Positions 51,001-59,980 of a stretch of DNA of 61,663 nt are shown here, piece by piece; position 1 is the first letter of the stretch, and each line of letters starts with the position of its first letter. This stretch comes from Phoronis australis (Eukaryota; Animalia; Phoronida), in the NCBI GenBank assembly GCA_002633005.1, contig NMRA01000074.1:748971-810633 (forward strand), read 5' to 3'. The notes below the pieces were generated by a model. It did not search any database. It was not told the origin of the DNA and was given only the letters and a program-made list of their open reading frames with translations. A program made the translations under genes and the position numbers.

Positions 51001-54000
51001 CGAAATCCTTTCAACTAAACGTAGCCCTATTGAAGCGGTGGGTCAAGAGAGGATGGTACGGTTAAGCGCAGTGTCGGATTTAGAGGGGAGCCAAGGGGGC
51101 CACGGCCCCCCTAAAATTCCATTGGGCAGTTCGGGAGTGGTAATGTCTGACAGGCAAAATCCTGGCTAATACTCTGCCCTGCCNCCCCTAACTCAAAATC
51201 CTGGATCCGCCCATGAAGCCGTGGAGGAAACTCACCGTGTCCGTTGCATAAGCCAATTTTTACGCCACAAGCGTGTCACGTTACCGAACACGCCCCAGTC
51301 GCGTTGTATTTGTTGATCTTTTTAACGGTGTATGTATTTTGCTGTCACAAATTGACTGAAGTGGAAGTCCTCTGGGATAAAATTGATATCCAATAACAAC
51401 TGTTCTCTCAATTCATTGCCTCCATTGTGCCGAGGGTGTGACTTCCCACAATGGGTCGGAAGACCGCTCATTGCTCACAATTATTATAAACTTGACAAAT
51501 GCCCGAAGAACACAACTTCGGGTTACCAGTTTGTTTGACGTAAGAAAACGACTGAACCAAAATATTACCTATTACTCGACATGGCTCACAAAGGACAGAA
51601 CCAAAAGAATACCTATAATTACTCGACCTGGCCGACGATGTTGAAATATACCATCAAAAGATGCTTCACTTCTTTTGATCAAACTTCGCCTTTTTAGCAT
51701 TTTTGTTGCCAATGGATTCCTGCAATATGCTCGTTAAATACGGCCACTCTGGCATCTACTTACCCGTTGTCGCCCATAAACTTATCCTGGGCATCGTCCT
51801 TAATACTAGCCACAAAAGCGGATTGATTTCGACAGTATTCTCGCCCATCCACGTAAGTGTATTTGTTCGGCGACGCATAGAAGCACGAGTGCGTCACATT
51901 GTAATATGTCCATCCTTGTTGGCAATAGGCGGCAGCACATGACACTGCAACAGAAGCACACCAACGTTTTAAAGTTTCACCAGTTCAAAATTACAGCTGT
52001 TAGGTAACCATATCTATCGGAATCATTCACGTGAAGTTGTTTAGAAGCTCAGAAATCAATCAACAAGCAATCATTCCGATACGGTCCGCCCAAATCGTAA
52101 TTCCTATACGGTCTTAGACGTACAGTGTATTCAGTAGAATATTCCAAGACGGTGCCGACACCAATACGTTACTGAGCATCAAATCAGTCGGCCCTACTGT
52201 GAACTAGCTACATGTAGGTCTAGCCGAAGCCATGGTTTTCAAAGACGCGATGCATAGTTTGCATAAAAGAGTGAAGAAACTGATTGATGGGCACACCTGC
52301 AGGAAATCCATATTCCGGAGGTCACCGTAGAACTTATTGATTAAAAAGTGGACGCTGACTTTCAACAAAGGGTAAAATCTACACTGCTTCCGAGTGCACT
52401 AATTTGACGGACGCTTCTGTCTGTTCAGGAAATAACTGGAATTTCATTACGTTGCTATGCTAATTTTTGAGGCTTGATTGTGAGACAAGTCTCTGTGTTC
52501 CTATTTGACCAGGAGCCCTTTCCGTAGCGCGGCAACTGAGTCTTAAAATCTAAATCATGCAAAAAATCACGCGACTGGTTCGAAAGACATGTGTTTAGTA
52601 AAACTTCGGAACCTTGCCAATAAAGACTGGTAATTACTCGGTGGTTCCCTACGTGCCTAGCCAGTACGCAGGTATCACGCAGTGGCACGCCCTTAAGCAT
52701 TGGTTGATGTAACCTCAGCAGTCATTGGTTAGCTTTACAACACCGTGAAAAAAATAGCGGACTGTGAATGATTTTTAGCCTTGTCATGCAAGTGGCGTCG
52801 CAGCCACTATTTCGTTTCTGCAGTAATGTTTAATAGCCGCGTGCTTGAAGCACATACTTGAACAATAAACACATATCTGGTCGATTGAACCGGTGTGTTA
52901 TTCATACTGTATGACTACATGACAGTATCGAAAACAAAAGTCATCGACAGTAGAAAGATGCACTCCGAAAAGGCGCAACCACAATTTCTGGGAATCATAT
53001 TTCCTAAACATCAATTTTAAGCACCGATTTGTCTGTACAACAGACCACATTTACACTTCAGTCCGTCAGCCATGCCAGTTTGTTTGCGTAAAGCGCTGCC
53101 TATAGAGAATTCGACTAGCCAATCAAAAACGCCGGTGTAAAAAAATTTCCCGAGGAAAATTAAGTGATACCGACCACCTAGCGTCACGCAGGGAACAGGC
53201 GAGACTGGTGATTTGGCTGAAACTGTTATGACTGGTTGAACGAGATTGGAATGCTGAATTATGGTAGAAGCTCTAAATCCAAACTATAAGCTAAGATTTC
53301 TGGCACAAATGTCTCGCGATTTGAAAGACTAAGTTTCAAGTATGACTTGGAGTGCTAAGACCAAGTTTTCATGTCGGGTGAGTGACCCGGGAACTTGAGG
53401 TCCCATTTGAGTTGACCAACTATTCATTATTCCATGCACGGTGCTAGTGTGTGTAAAAGCTAGAAAGACTTACCTGTGGCGAAGAAAGCGCATGCTTTGA
53501 GTAAAACCTGAAAATAACCAATACTGAAATGCAGCTGATGTCAGATTTGTTACACGGCAAGTCACGTGACATTCAGAATTGTGAATGATTAGCCGTACGG
53601 CTGAATTTCGTGCATGACTAAATCAAACAACTGCGATGTGAAATTTGCCGGAGGCTTGAAATAGAATTGAAACAACCTGGAGTGTGACTTTCGACACATC
53701 CTGTTTATAAATACGTTAATTTCTGTGCAATAGGCCTACTTTAGCTGTAGGAAGTCTTTAGTTCTTCCACAGATAGCCCTGTACAGAAGCTCCCCACGGG
53801 TTACCGGAAAACCGCACTCACTGCAGTCAAACTGGAGTAGAAATCGTACACCTTATTATCCGTGGTTCAGTTCATTAAACAGCCATCACCAGCAAGTTGT
53901 GAACCATAGCGAGGCTTACATGTACAGTTGGAAAGGGTGACTAATTTCTGCCAAAATAAACGTTCGTCACAGTTTTAAGACAAGTCAGTCACCAGAATAC

Positions 54001-55873
54001 ACAGACCTATTCATCGTGCGCGAATCTGGACCAATCTCTTGTAAATTGCGGTGCTAAACATGCGCGTACCCAGTCTAACATATAGGGGGGCTCGAATTTT
54101 TTGGTATGTGGACCTTTTACTGAAACAAATCAACGGTGACTAAAAAAACGGGGCCACTAGGTTCCGAACAAGCCTACGAATTGTGCATCCTCGCCGAATT
54201 CCTGTGGACTTTGTGGACTTTTGTCACGATTACTCGGACATTTTGTTTCACTTAGGCGGACCTTTTTGCCGAATTCGCCGAATTGGGGGGCTCGTTCGTG
54301 CCCCCCAAGCCCCCCTGGGTGCGCCCATGCTAAACAGGGTTTTTGTCAACCAGCTTTGTATGTGGAAGGTCATTCTGTTGCTTCACGTGACCTTACATTC
54401 GAACATTAAGGCGATAGTCTTGTATTCGGGTCATTTGCGTTCTGGCGTGAAAAATCATTAATCACCCTGCCCATGTGGCACATACTGAGCCACAACACCA
54501 CGTTCCTTACAATATCTCTTTTTATCACTCCGGCTGGTCTGCTCACTCAGCTTGTCCGGAATCTGCTTTGCAGGTTGTTATAGCCCAGTTGGTTGTTTGA
54601 TGTACCCACTTGGTACTTTATTATATGATATTTGCCCATTTGGCGGTTGAACCCATTTGGTACTTGTTATTGAATTTGCCGTTTTGCTCGACCCAGTTGG
54701 TAGGCAATCGGCCAATACCCATTTGATATTATGTACCCATTTGATACTATGCTAACCTGTGCCACTTAGTATCCGATACTCAATTACACATTGTGTATCG
54801 TAAATGTGTGTGTGTTATCTCTTATAATTAAGGAACCCATCTGATTCCTTATGTGAAATATTCATTTGTAGGGCTGTGACCCTGAATATCCCAATATAAC
54901 CTAAAATATACATTATTGTTGTTGATTTATTTGTCCCCAATAATAACATACTAAAAACACAGGTTATAGTATATTTTTTTTTGTAACCACGATCGGTGCA
55001 CCTCGATCGGAGGAGCGGTTGCTCAGTGTCCAATAGATTACATAATGCTCACAGAATTCAATATATTGACGGTGAATACAATTCATCAGCGATCGACACG
55101 AATGTTTTCATAAGAGGTTTAATTCATTGATCACTTTTCACATTGTCCATGCTCAACCTCTTCAGTGCGCTGCGTGGCAATTTTAATCTGATCAGGTTCA
55201 ACCACGGACAGGTGGGGGAAAGCGTAGTTGTCACAACCACGAACTTACGCGGAACCTCCAGAAAACACACGAACACGCGAGATTTTGCCATGACCACACT
55301 AGCTCGTCCTTCGCGAGATTATTGCGTCTATAAGGGAACTCAGCCCAGTTATTTACAACAAACCGATTCAAAATGATGAGATTCCACTCTTAATGAGCTA
55401 CTGGATAAACCCGAGTTGCGTCCCGTAAACGCAAGAGCTAAGGTGATCACGTGCAATGCAACTTACGTAATCTCGATTTTTTTCTTAAGAAAAGCGTTTT
55501 TATGGGAACCCGTAGTTAAGATTCGAAAACCTAGCGCCAGATTTATGCACACACATGTGTAGCTTATGGAAGTTTTGAAAAATTGCGCAATCTAACCTTA
55601 ATACGACCTCGTACGCAGGATAATTCTGAAAAAAATACTGCTGTTGAGAAACCCTTCCTCGAGTTGCAGCGAGTGGTCAATACAACAAACAAGCTACTTC
55701 GTCATATTACAATACTAAATGGCGGCGTTGGTTATCGATTATGGAATGTAAATATTTAGGTTTGACCACACATCATGGATCGGGGGTGGGGGGTACACTG
55801 CCACTTGAGACGATACATCGGGAAGACGGTTAAATGACTTGGTACCAGAATTCACGTTCCTTACCCTTTCCAT
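23957..55873 (-). CDS. Spliced gene (17 coding exons, 1854 nt, ~617 aa): signal peptide + C-type lectin-like domain + 5 sushi/CCP + S/T/G-rich stalk + TM + short cytoplasmic tail (selectin-like type I membrane glycoprotein)
   Basis: All 17 exons have GT-AG boundaries and compatible phases, giving one continuous frame from MERVLLKACAFFATVSCAAAYCQQGW... to ...KKGVVCGSSSSAAVPPHGKQVAAVTHA*. Domains recognised from Cys spacing and motifs. About 20 N-x-S/T sequons. The first and last exons and the smallest micro-exons are less certain than the domain exons. Confidence 0.85.
24778..24975 (+). mobile_element. tRNA-derived SINE, decayed
   Basis: A-box-like TGTCTCAGTGG and B-box-like GGTTCCAATCC at tRNA spacing, followed by a non-tRNA body. 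Confidence 0.5.
25315..26747. mobile_element. Kolobok-like non-autonomous element
   Basis: TTAA TSD on both sides; TIR GGTAGGTGTATACAC vs GGTAGGTGGATACAC (14/15). Confidence 0.8.
27407..28439. mobile_element. Foldback Kolobok-like element with ~310-bp inverted arms
   Basis: Ends AGGCGAAGGCAACC; TAAA duplicated on both sides; each arm ends in a THAP start, MPHCCC(L/V)PGCTHY. Confidence 0.85.
27796..27951 (+). mobile_element. Academ-like MITE (TAG..CTA ends), copy 1, nested in the foldback element
   Basis: TIR CGTTCAGTAACGCTAGGACCT; three copies in the window. Confidence 0.8.
29446..29590 (-). CDS. Exon 16, transmembrane helix
   Basis: cattttgTAG|GGGSGTGTGTSGATEAWVIPVAVTCGVVGAAIITTVIIVVLVKKGVVCG|GTAAGT; hydrophobic helix followed by a KK stop-transfer; phase 1->2. 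Confidence 0.92.
30183..30218 (-). CDS. Exon 15, stalk micro-exon (GATGGDTGTTSG)
   Basis: gcaatttcAG|36 nt|GTAAAT; phase 1-1. Confidence 0.72.
30834..30981 (-). mobile_element. MITE family C, hAT5-like
   Basis: TIR CATGGGCGGCGCA/TGCGCCACCCATG; 5-bp TSD CACAA. Confidence 0.8.
31147..31182 (-). CDS. Exon 14, stalk micro-exon (GTTSESSAPPNG)
   Basis: gcaatttccAG|36 nt|GTATAT; phase 1-1; acceptor context resembles exon 15. Confidence 0.7.
32450..32539 (-). CDS. Exon 13, stalk exon (DFNSSASYVSTTTSAGAMTSVVTSLNNSTS)
   Basis: tgatttAG|90 nt|GTACAC; phase 1-1. Confidence 0.8.
33772..34830 (+). mobile_element. Kolobok-like non-autonomous element with THAP remnant, copy 2
   Basis: Ends AGGAGAACGCCAC / GTGGCATTCTCCT; MVWCIVPA..YRFSRE..W LAVVKNEK..HVC at ~33943-34120. 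Confidence 0.8.
35300..36043 (+). mobile_element. Non-LTR retrotransposon (RTEX-like) ORF2 3' fragment
   Basis: AVLG*FGRHL..VKYRLKL and RFRVSAHAL..EKGR..RYCEVC..IEDEYHFLCVC (C-terminal CCHC motif); stops. Confidence 0.8.
36189..36347 (+). mobile_element. Academ-like MITE, copy 2
   Basis: Homologous to 27796-27951. Confidence 0.78.
36656..36724 (-). CDS. Exon 12, stalk micro-exon (VSTVTTESTATSPHTTLNVTGTS)
   Basis: ttcgttatcAG|69 nt|GTAACC; phase 1-1; Thr-rich. Confidence 0.8.
37097..37560 (+). mobile_element. Harbinger-like MITE hosting a hAT5-like insertion; homolog at ~59625-60007
   Basis: TIR core CGTTGCATG(A/G)AA; shared internal AGTAATGAGACTCAAAC and ..AAATA(T/C)GCAG..TTAGGG. Confidence 0.6.
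37280..37532. mobile_element. CA..TG MITE with related TIR (CATAGGCGGAT/ATCCGCCACTG), hAT5-like
   Basis: Perfect 5-bp TSD ACTTG. Confidence 0.8.
37637..37672 (-). CDS. Exon 11, stalk micro-exon (VASSDPATATNS)
   Basis: ttatttctttcAG|36 nt|GTAAAA; phase 1-1. Confidence 0.75.
38134..38199 (-). CDS. Exon 10, stalk micro-exon (AIATSSAAVTTSTAGITVSSGQ)
   Basis: ctttctttatattacAG|66 nt|GTATGT; phase 1-1; S/T/A-rich. Confidence 0.8.
39555..39734 (-). CDS. Exon 9, sushi/CCP module 5
   Basis: VITCSVP..YGETVRYTCNPG..YSCGSSGTISVVSCQ; 180 nt, phase 1-1. Confidence 0.92.
40788..40958 (-). CDS. Exon 8, sushi/CCP module 4 (absent from the ORF track)
   Basis: tactttgTAG|VITCNVTAIANGAANTSSLTYGQMVEYTCTQGYRFSDNTTSKQAQCVSGNVNASGCS|GTAAGT; 171 nt, phase 1-1. 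Confidence 0.92.
41510..41683 (-). CDS. Exon 7, sushi/CCP module 3
   Basis: VITCHVNS..FGQAVQYTCTNGY..RSCSSGNITANDCQ; 174 nt, phase 1-1. Confidence 0.92.
41791..41944 (+). mobile_element. Academ-like MITE, copy 3
   Basis: Very similar to 27796-27951; ends GGGAGGCTA. Confidence 0.8.
43349..43455. repeat. Degenerate ~16-bp tandem repeat TTCACTATTCCGAAGG
   Basis: About 6 imperfect units. Confidence 0.6.
44366..44610 (+). pseudogene. THAP-domain remnant of another DNA transposon
   Basis: MPTQYYCCVVGCNSDVRK..MRDLKRCAFPTSMRD; frameshifted; element ends not resolved. Confidence 0.65.
45060..45623 (+). mobile_element. Helentron/HINE-like non-autonomous element
   Basis: Internal ~150-bp spaced repeats AAAA(C/T)TGCCACTAGGG, GGAC-type simple repeat, and a 3' hairpin CCCATAT..ATGTGGG followed by an A-run; left boundary approximate. 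Confidence 0.55.
45836..46009 (-). CDS. Exon 6, sushi/CCP module 2
   Basis: IICNVT..YTDVVRYTCNNGY..VTCTNGSITPIPCQ; 174 nt, phase 1-1. Confidence 0.92.
46736..46915 (-). CDS. Exon 5, sushi/CCP module 1
   Basis: VAICSNIT..GTVVTYQCPQG..TTCHNSTVWLPAVRSCQ; 4 Cys + Trp; 180 nt, phase 1-1; TAG/GTAAGT. Confidence 0.92.
47967..48175 (-). CDS. Exon 4, C-type lectin-like domain C-half
   Basis: ttctcacttcAAG|...|GTAAAT; HYLGS..LTWDDGT...VLCEK (WIG-like, WxDG, CE motifs); 209 nt, phase 2->1. Confidence 0.88.
48870..49385 (+). mobile_element. Non-LTR retrotransposon (CR1/L2-group-like) ORF2 3' fragment
   Basis: FRRS..WNSFPVSVK and SPNCKCG..HVFFKCP..LRD; frameshifted. Confidence 0.7.
49691..49834 (+). 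mobile_element. MITE family A, hAT5-like
   Basis: TIR CAGTGGCGGAT/ATCCGCCACTG; perfect 5-bp TSD GTCGT. Confidence 0.85.
51069..51215 (-). mobile_element. MITE family A, inverted copy
   Basis: Reverse-complement similarity to 49691-49834; flanks AAGCG/AAGCC. Confidence 0.8.
51764..51944 (-). CDS. Exon 3, C-type lectin-like domain N-half
   Basis: ctgttgcAG|...|GTAAGT; YCQQGW..SCFY..YCRNQSAFVASIKDDAQDKF matches the CTLD C..GW..CY..C....LASI pattern; 181 nt, phase 1->2. Confidence 0.92.
52637..53203 (+). mobile_element. ~580-bp TIR element, copy 2
   Basis: Direct-orientation homolog of 14596-15185 over its full length. Confidence 0.85.
53474..53507 (-). CDS. Exon 2, signal peptide core (VLLKACAFFAT)
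   Basis: ttattttcAG|...|GTAAGT; 34 nt, phase 0->1. Confidence 0.8.
54059..54329 (+). mobile_element. MITE family B, hAT5-like
   Basis: TIR CATGCGCGTACCCAG/CTGGGTGCGCCCATG; perfect 5-bp TSD CTAAA; a partial copy also lies at ~48640-48790. Confidence 0.85.
54584..54772. repeat. Spaced repeat of ACCCA(T/G/C)TTGGTA
   Basis: About 8 imperfect units. Confidence 0.6.
55865..55873 (-). CDS. Lectin/CCP gene exon 1 (ATG GAA AGG, MER)
   Basis: ATGGAAAGG|GTAAGG donor in phase 0; joins exons 2 and 3 to give a convincing signal peptide MERVLLKACAFFATVSCAAA. Confidence 0.6.
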
Positions 55874-58800
55874 AGGAGATGACACGGATGCACAACAAGA
55901 AAACACATGGACAGGGTCACAGTAATCAAAAGACAACTTCTAATTGCGTTGGCACCATGTAGGCTCTCAAGTTCCTGGTTGCGTGAGCAAGTTCCAAGAA
56001 GAGTCTTAGCGTTCGCTAAATCGTCTACGTATTTATGAACTTATGAAAACCCAGATTTTCCATTCTGGTTCTGTTTTATTTTCAATACAAAGTCTACCTT
56101 TGATTTTGTTGCACATTGACAATGAGCTTCACTTTAAATTTTCAACATCGTTGAAAATAGGGATCTTTTCATGCAACGTTTCTCAATTAGGACCAAGACC
56201 CTGTTCATTTCCGTTCAAATACGTGTCCAATTTTCAGATAAATCATCAAAAAATGTCATTGAGTCAAAGAGAAGCACGTAATTAAGATAACATGATTGGA
56301 AAAACATAGCACGCGTGAATAAACGAAGACATAAACTCGCAGAAGATTTAAGGAACTTCATTGAATCCTTATTTGGTACTGTATCTTGCAAATAGACATA
56401 ATTTCCTCTGGTGAATGTATAACTCATGGGCGACCGTGGCTTATTAGAGTTTTTATTTATTTGACGGCAGCGCCTTATACTAATGCTGAAATAAGAGACA
56501 ACAGCGCTGACCACAAAGGAACACTGCCTTATTATACATACTAGACGTGTTGCTCAGGAACCACTCACGGCAGTTAGCAGACAACATATGAAAAAGAGGT
56601 CATCAAAGACGTTAAAATTTGGCTAACGAAGGAAAGCCCATTAAAATAACTTGTAAACATTGAGCAAACAGGCTACAAATGTCACTTCTGTCATGTTTTG
56701 ATTTAAGTGCCACAAACTCGCCATGTGTGTAAAAACACAAGTTTGATTCAGACAATTTACCCCTGCTTACTGGTCTCAACTTCTCCCACACACGGATTTA
56801 TGAAGATGTTTTGGTATTGATAAGAACACCTAGTTCGTTATTTCCGATCAACCCACAAAGGGTATATAAAATGATCTACCGTTCCAAGCCCAATTGTCTA
56901 ACCTGGTCTCAAGCAATAACCAACCGATTGTTCTTCCAAACTACAGACTTAACTTCTAGTAAGGAACTTAAATAAAGACGGGCTTTATCATCCATGACAA
57001 TGAATAAAAAAACAGTAGTTAGACAAAAGGCGATTTTCTAATAACTTTAATAAGTAAATGCAAGAAAAGAGAACATTAATTTGACTATAAGTATCTCCAC
57101 ATATTCCATTAGCAATATGAAGAGGATGAAGGTTGGGCCGAAACTGAAGAGGAAATGAGATTGTATTCCAAAAGTTTCTAACGTAAATCAACGCACACAA
57201 CGTACGGAACAAGCTTCAGTGATACAAAGTTTCACAGGCAAGACTGACGGGCTAACGAAGCCACTGCTTCAGCAGAACCCCGGTGTCAAAACTTCAAGTT
57301 CCACCTTTTGCTGTTGAGTGTACACAATACAGACGCAGCATCTGGAGAGTATGTTGTAACAAAGCCCCCGGGGACCAAGTTGTTTCTATGCCGCCACTCG
57401 TTAGGCCCCTTTCATTTTCAACAATCAAACAGTCCGACATCGTAATTCCAGAACAAAACAATTACTAAAAACGAATTTTCCCAGTTAAGGAGCATTCACT
57501 ATGGCAGTTATAGTAAACGAAACTCTTCTAAAAAATTTACACTGCTTGGCCAATTAACTAAAAATATTTACGTTTAGCTTTGTCTTTACTTAACTAATGA
57601 GGCATGCTTTGTTAACAAAAGCTATTCATGCCGCAAATTATAGTGTGTGATTGTGTGAAAGTGGCATTGGAATGACCTGAATAAATGAACAGGAATAGTC
57701 AGGAAGTAACCTCGACATGAGGAGAACAATGTAGGTAGGAGGAAACGTCTTTTAAGATGTTAAAACATTAGTCTTGTCAAGGTTATGATGTAAGACATGG
57801 TCGACAAGTTTGTACAATTTACCAAAATATCTGCAAAAATATAAAATTCAATTATAATACGTGTGTGTGTGCGTGCGTACGTGCGTGTGCGTACGTGTAT
57901 GTATTGTATACGATTACATGTATAAACATGTGAGTTCTATGTCCACGTTACTTGTTTCTATCCACGTGTTTATGCACTCGTTTCAACACTTCACGCCAAC
58001 TACGGCAACAGACTTACTCTTACAGGACCCAACCAATGGGCGACTGCCACAAAGTATATCTAAATTCAATAGATTGAGAGATTCACCAGGAAGCAAGGTC
58101 AAGCAAAATCACGATTGTGAAAGGTCCGTGTTTCGCAAGTCGGATATTAGCGTATCTAAACAAAATGGCGGTCACTGCAATTTTTCGTCAATGCAGGCTG
58201 TGGTGCGTATTTAATTACTGGAAGACAGAATTCACTGCGGCCTCCGCTCCATAAAAACATTTCTACAAATGCTGCACAAAGCTGGGCGTACAGAACGTAG
58301 CACTTCATGTGACTGTACCGCGTTCGTGGTCTAAGCGTCCCACGTGACTTCCTGCATGCATACATGTTTAAGGGTATGACCCTTGTTCCACTAGCGCACC
58401 TAATTAATCTCGAGTCGCCATTTCCCTTCACTCTCTGCTGATGACCAGGAAAAATTGTCCATCACTTACATGACTGTGCACTTATACAAGCATGTCCAAT
58501 GAAAAACAAAAAACAACTGGTTTTATGACCATTACAGTGCCAAGGTCTTAGTCATTGTCTAACGAAAGTCACTGAAGTCACATTGTCACACCAGTGCAGT
58601 ACGCAAAATACATCAGTGTAACGAAACCAGGCGAAAATTTTCCCATTGTAAAAAATATGAATCTACGTTGACCGTACCTCGGATTCGTAAACATTCAAGT
58701 TCTCGCTGTTGGGTCACAGGTAATAATCCTACCTGACGCCAAAATTGTACTGAATTGTCTTGATTTCTTTTGTGATAGTGACAGCTATAAGTTGCTATGT

Positions 58801-59264
58801 GGACGGTAAACACCGTGTTTCGGATAGGTAAAAGGATAACAGAACTGTGAGTGCGTAACATTACATATCTGCACCTAATAATAGCAGCTTATACAATGGG
58901 AGAATGGAACTAACAACCGGCAGAACTTGAGGGCAATCAGGGTCAACGTTTGATTATGACTATTTATCCTGACGGGACTCACGTTCATTTGATATACCAG
59001 GTGTTCATTGAACGGCCAAGTAAACTCAAGAGGCACCGTAGACCCTGCCCCCAGCGGCACAATATGTCCAGGGTTCAACCCAAGTCTGTTCAAACGGTGT
59101 GGTCCTAGCCATTTGTTTTAGCGTTACTTTTGACCTCATTGACAATTCTGTGCATTTGGCCACTACAGAAATAATTAAGTAATATTTGCTGAATGAGTAG
59201 AAACCTTCAGTTATAGAATTCGATTTTTAATTTGAACAAATCTCTCATTTGTTTGGTACCATGA

Positions 59265-59437
59265 CCACATATTTTGTATTAAAATTGAGCAAAAATAAAA
59301 CATATTCATAGCAATTAAACAACGGTAAATAGCATGAGCTGGCCTGTCCACGCCCGCTACTATTAAGTACACAGTTGCATATTGTTTAATTGTTATGAAT
59401 ATGTTTCTTTGCTAGATGCTAATACAAAATACGTGGT
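59265..59437. repeat. Hairpin with ~57-bp inverted arms
   Basis: ACCACATATTTTGTATTA..CATATTCATAGCAATTAAACAA and its near-perfect reverse complement. Confidence 0.7.
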
Positions 59438-59794
59438 TGTGCATGAAACAGCCTGAATAGGGACTCAACAAAGTTATGTTGATCCTTTGCGTGTTTGTTT
59501 TGTTTTTTATTCACAGATGCAATGTCTTTCCATTATTTTATCTCCTTTATAAGCTCCTCTTTGACTATTGGCATTTTCTAATAGAAAAAACTGAGTCCTT
59601 AATTTAATCAAAATAATTAATTTAGGGACTTTTCATGAAAAGGCCCCTATTTATTTTCAATTATAGAGAATTCAACGTAGACTTCAATGTCAAAAGTAAT
59701 GAGACTCAAACGGCGTAAGGAAGGATAATAAGTGTTTTCACAAGCCCAAGAAATACGCAGTAAAATTAGGGAACTTAGTTGAATCCATATTTAG

Positions 59795-59980
59795 CATGCG
59801 CGCACTCAGCCTATGATATGGGGGGCTCGAATTTCTGACTAATTGGACTTCTTGCTAACAAAAAAGCGGGTGGACTAAAAAAAACGGGGTGCCACATTCA
59901 GAACTGTGTGTCTGTGCCTTTTTAGTGGACTGTTGTCTCACTTTCTCGCCCCCCCCCCCCNCCCCCTGGGTGCGCGCATG
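59795..59980 (+). mobile_element. MITE family B, hAT5-like
   Basis: TIR CATGCGCGCAC; perfect 5-bp TSD TTTAG. Confidence 0.85.

Noticed and set aside
58613-58861. Alternative first coding exon for the lectin gene (phase-0 donor near 58731)
   Set aside because: It would put 43 non-hydrophobic residues before the signal peptide; MER at 55873 gives a cleaner signal. It may still be a UTR exon.
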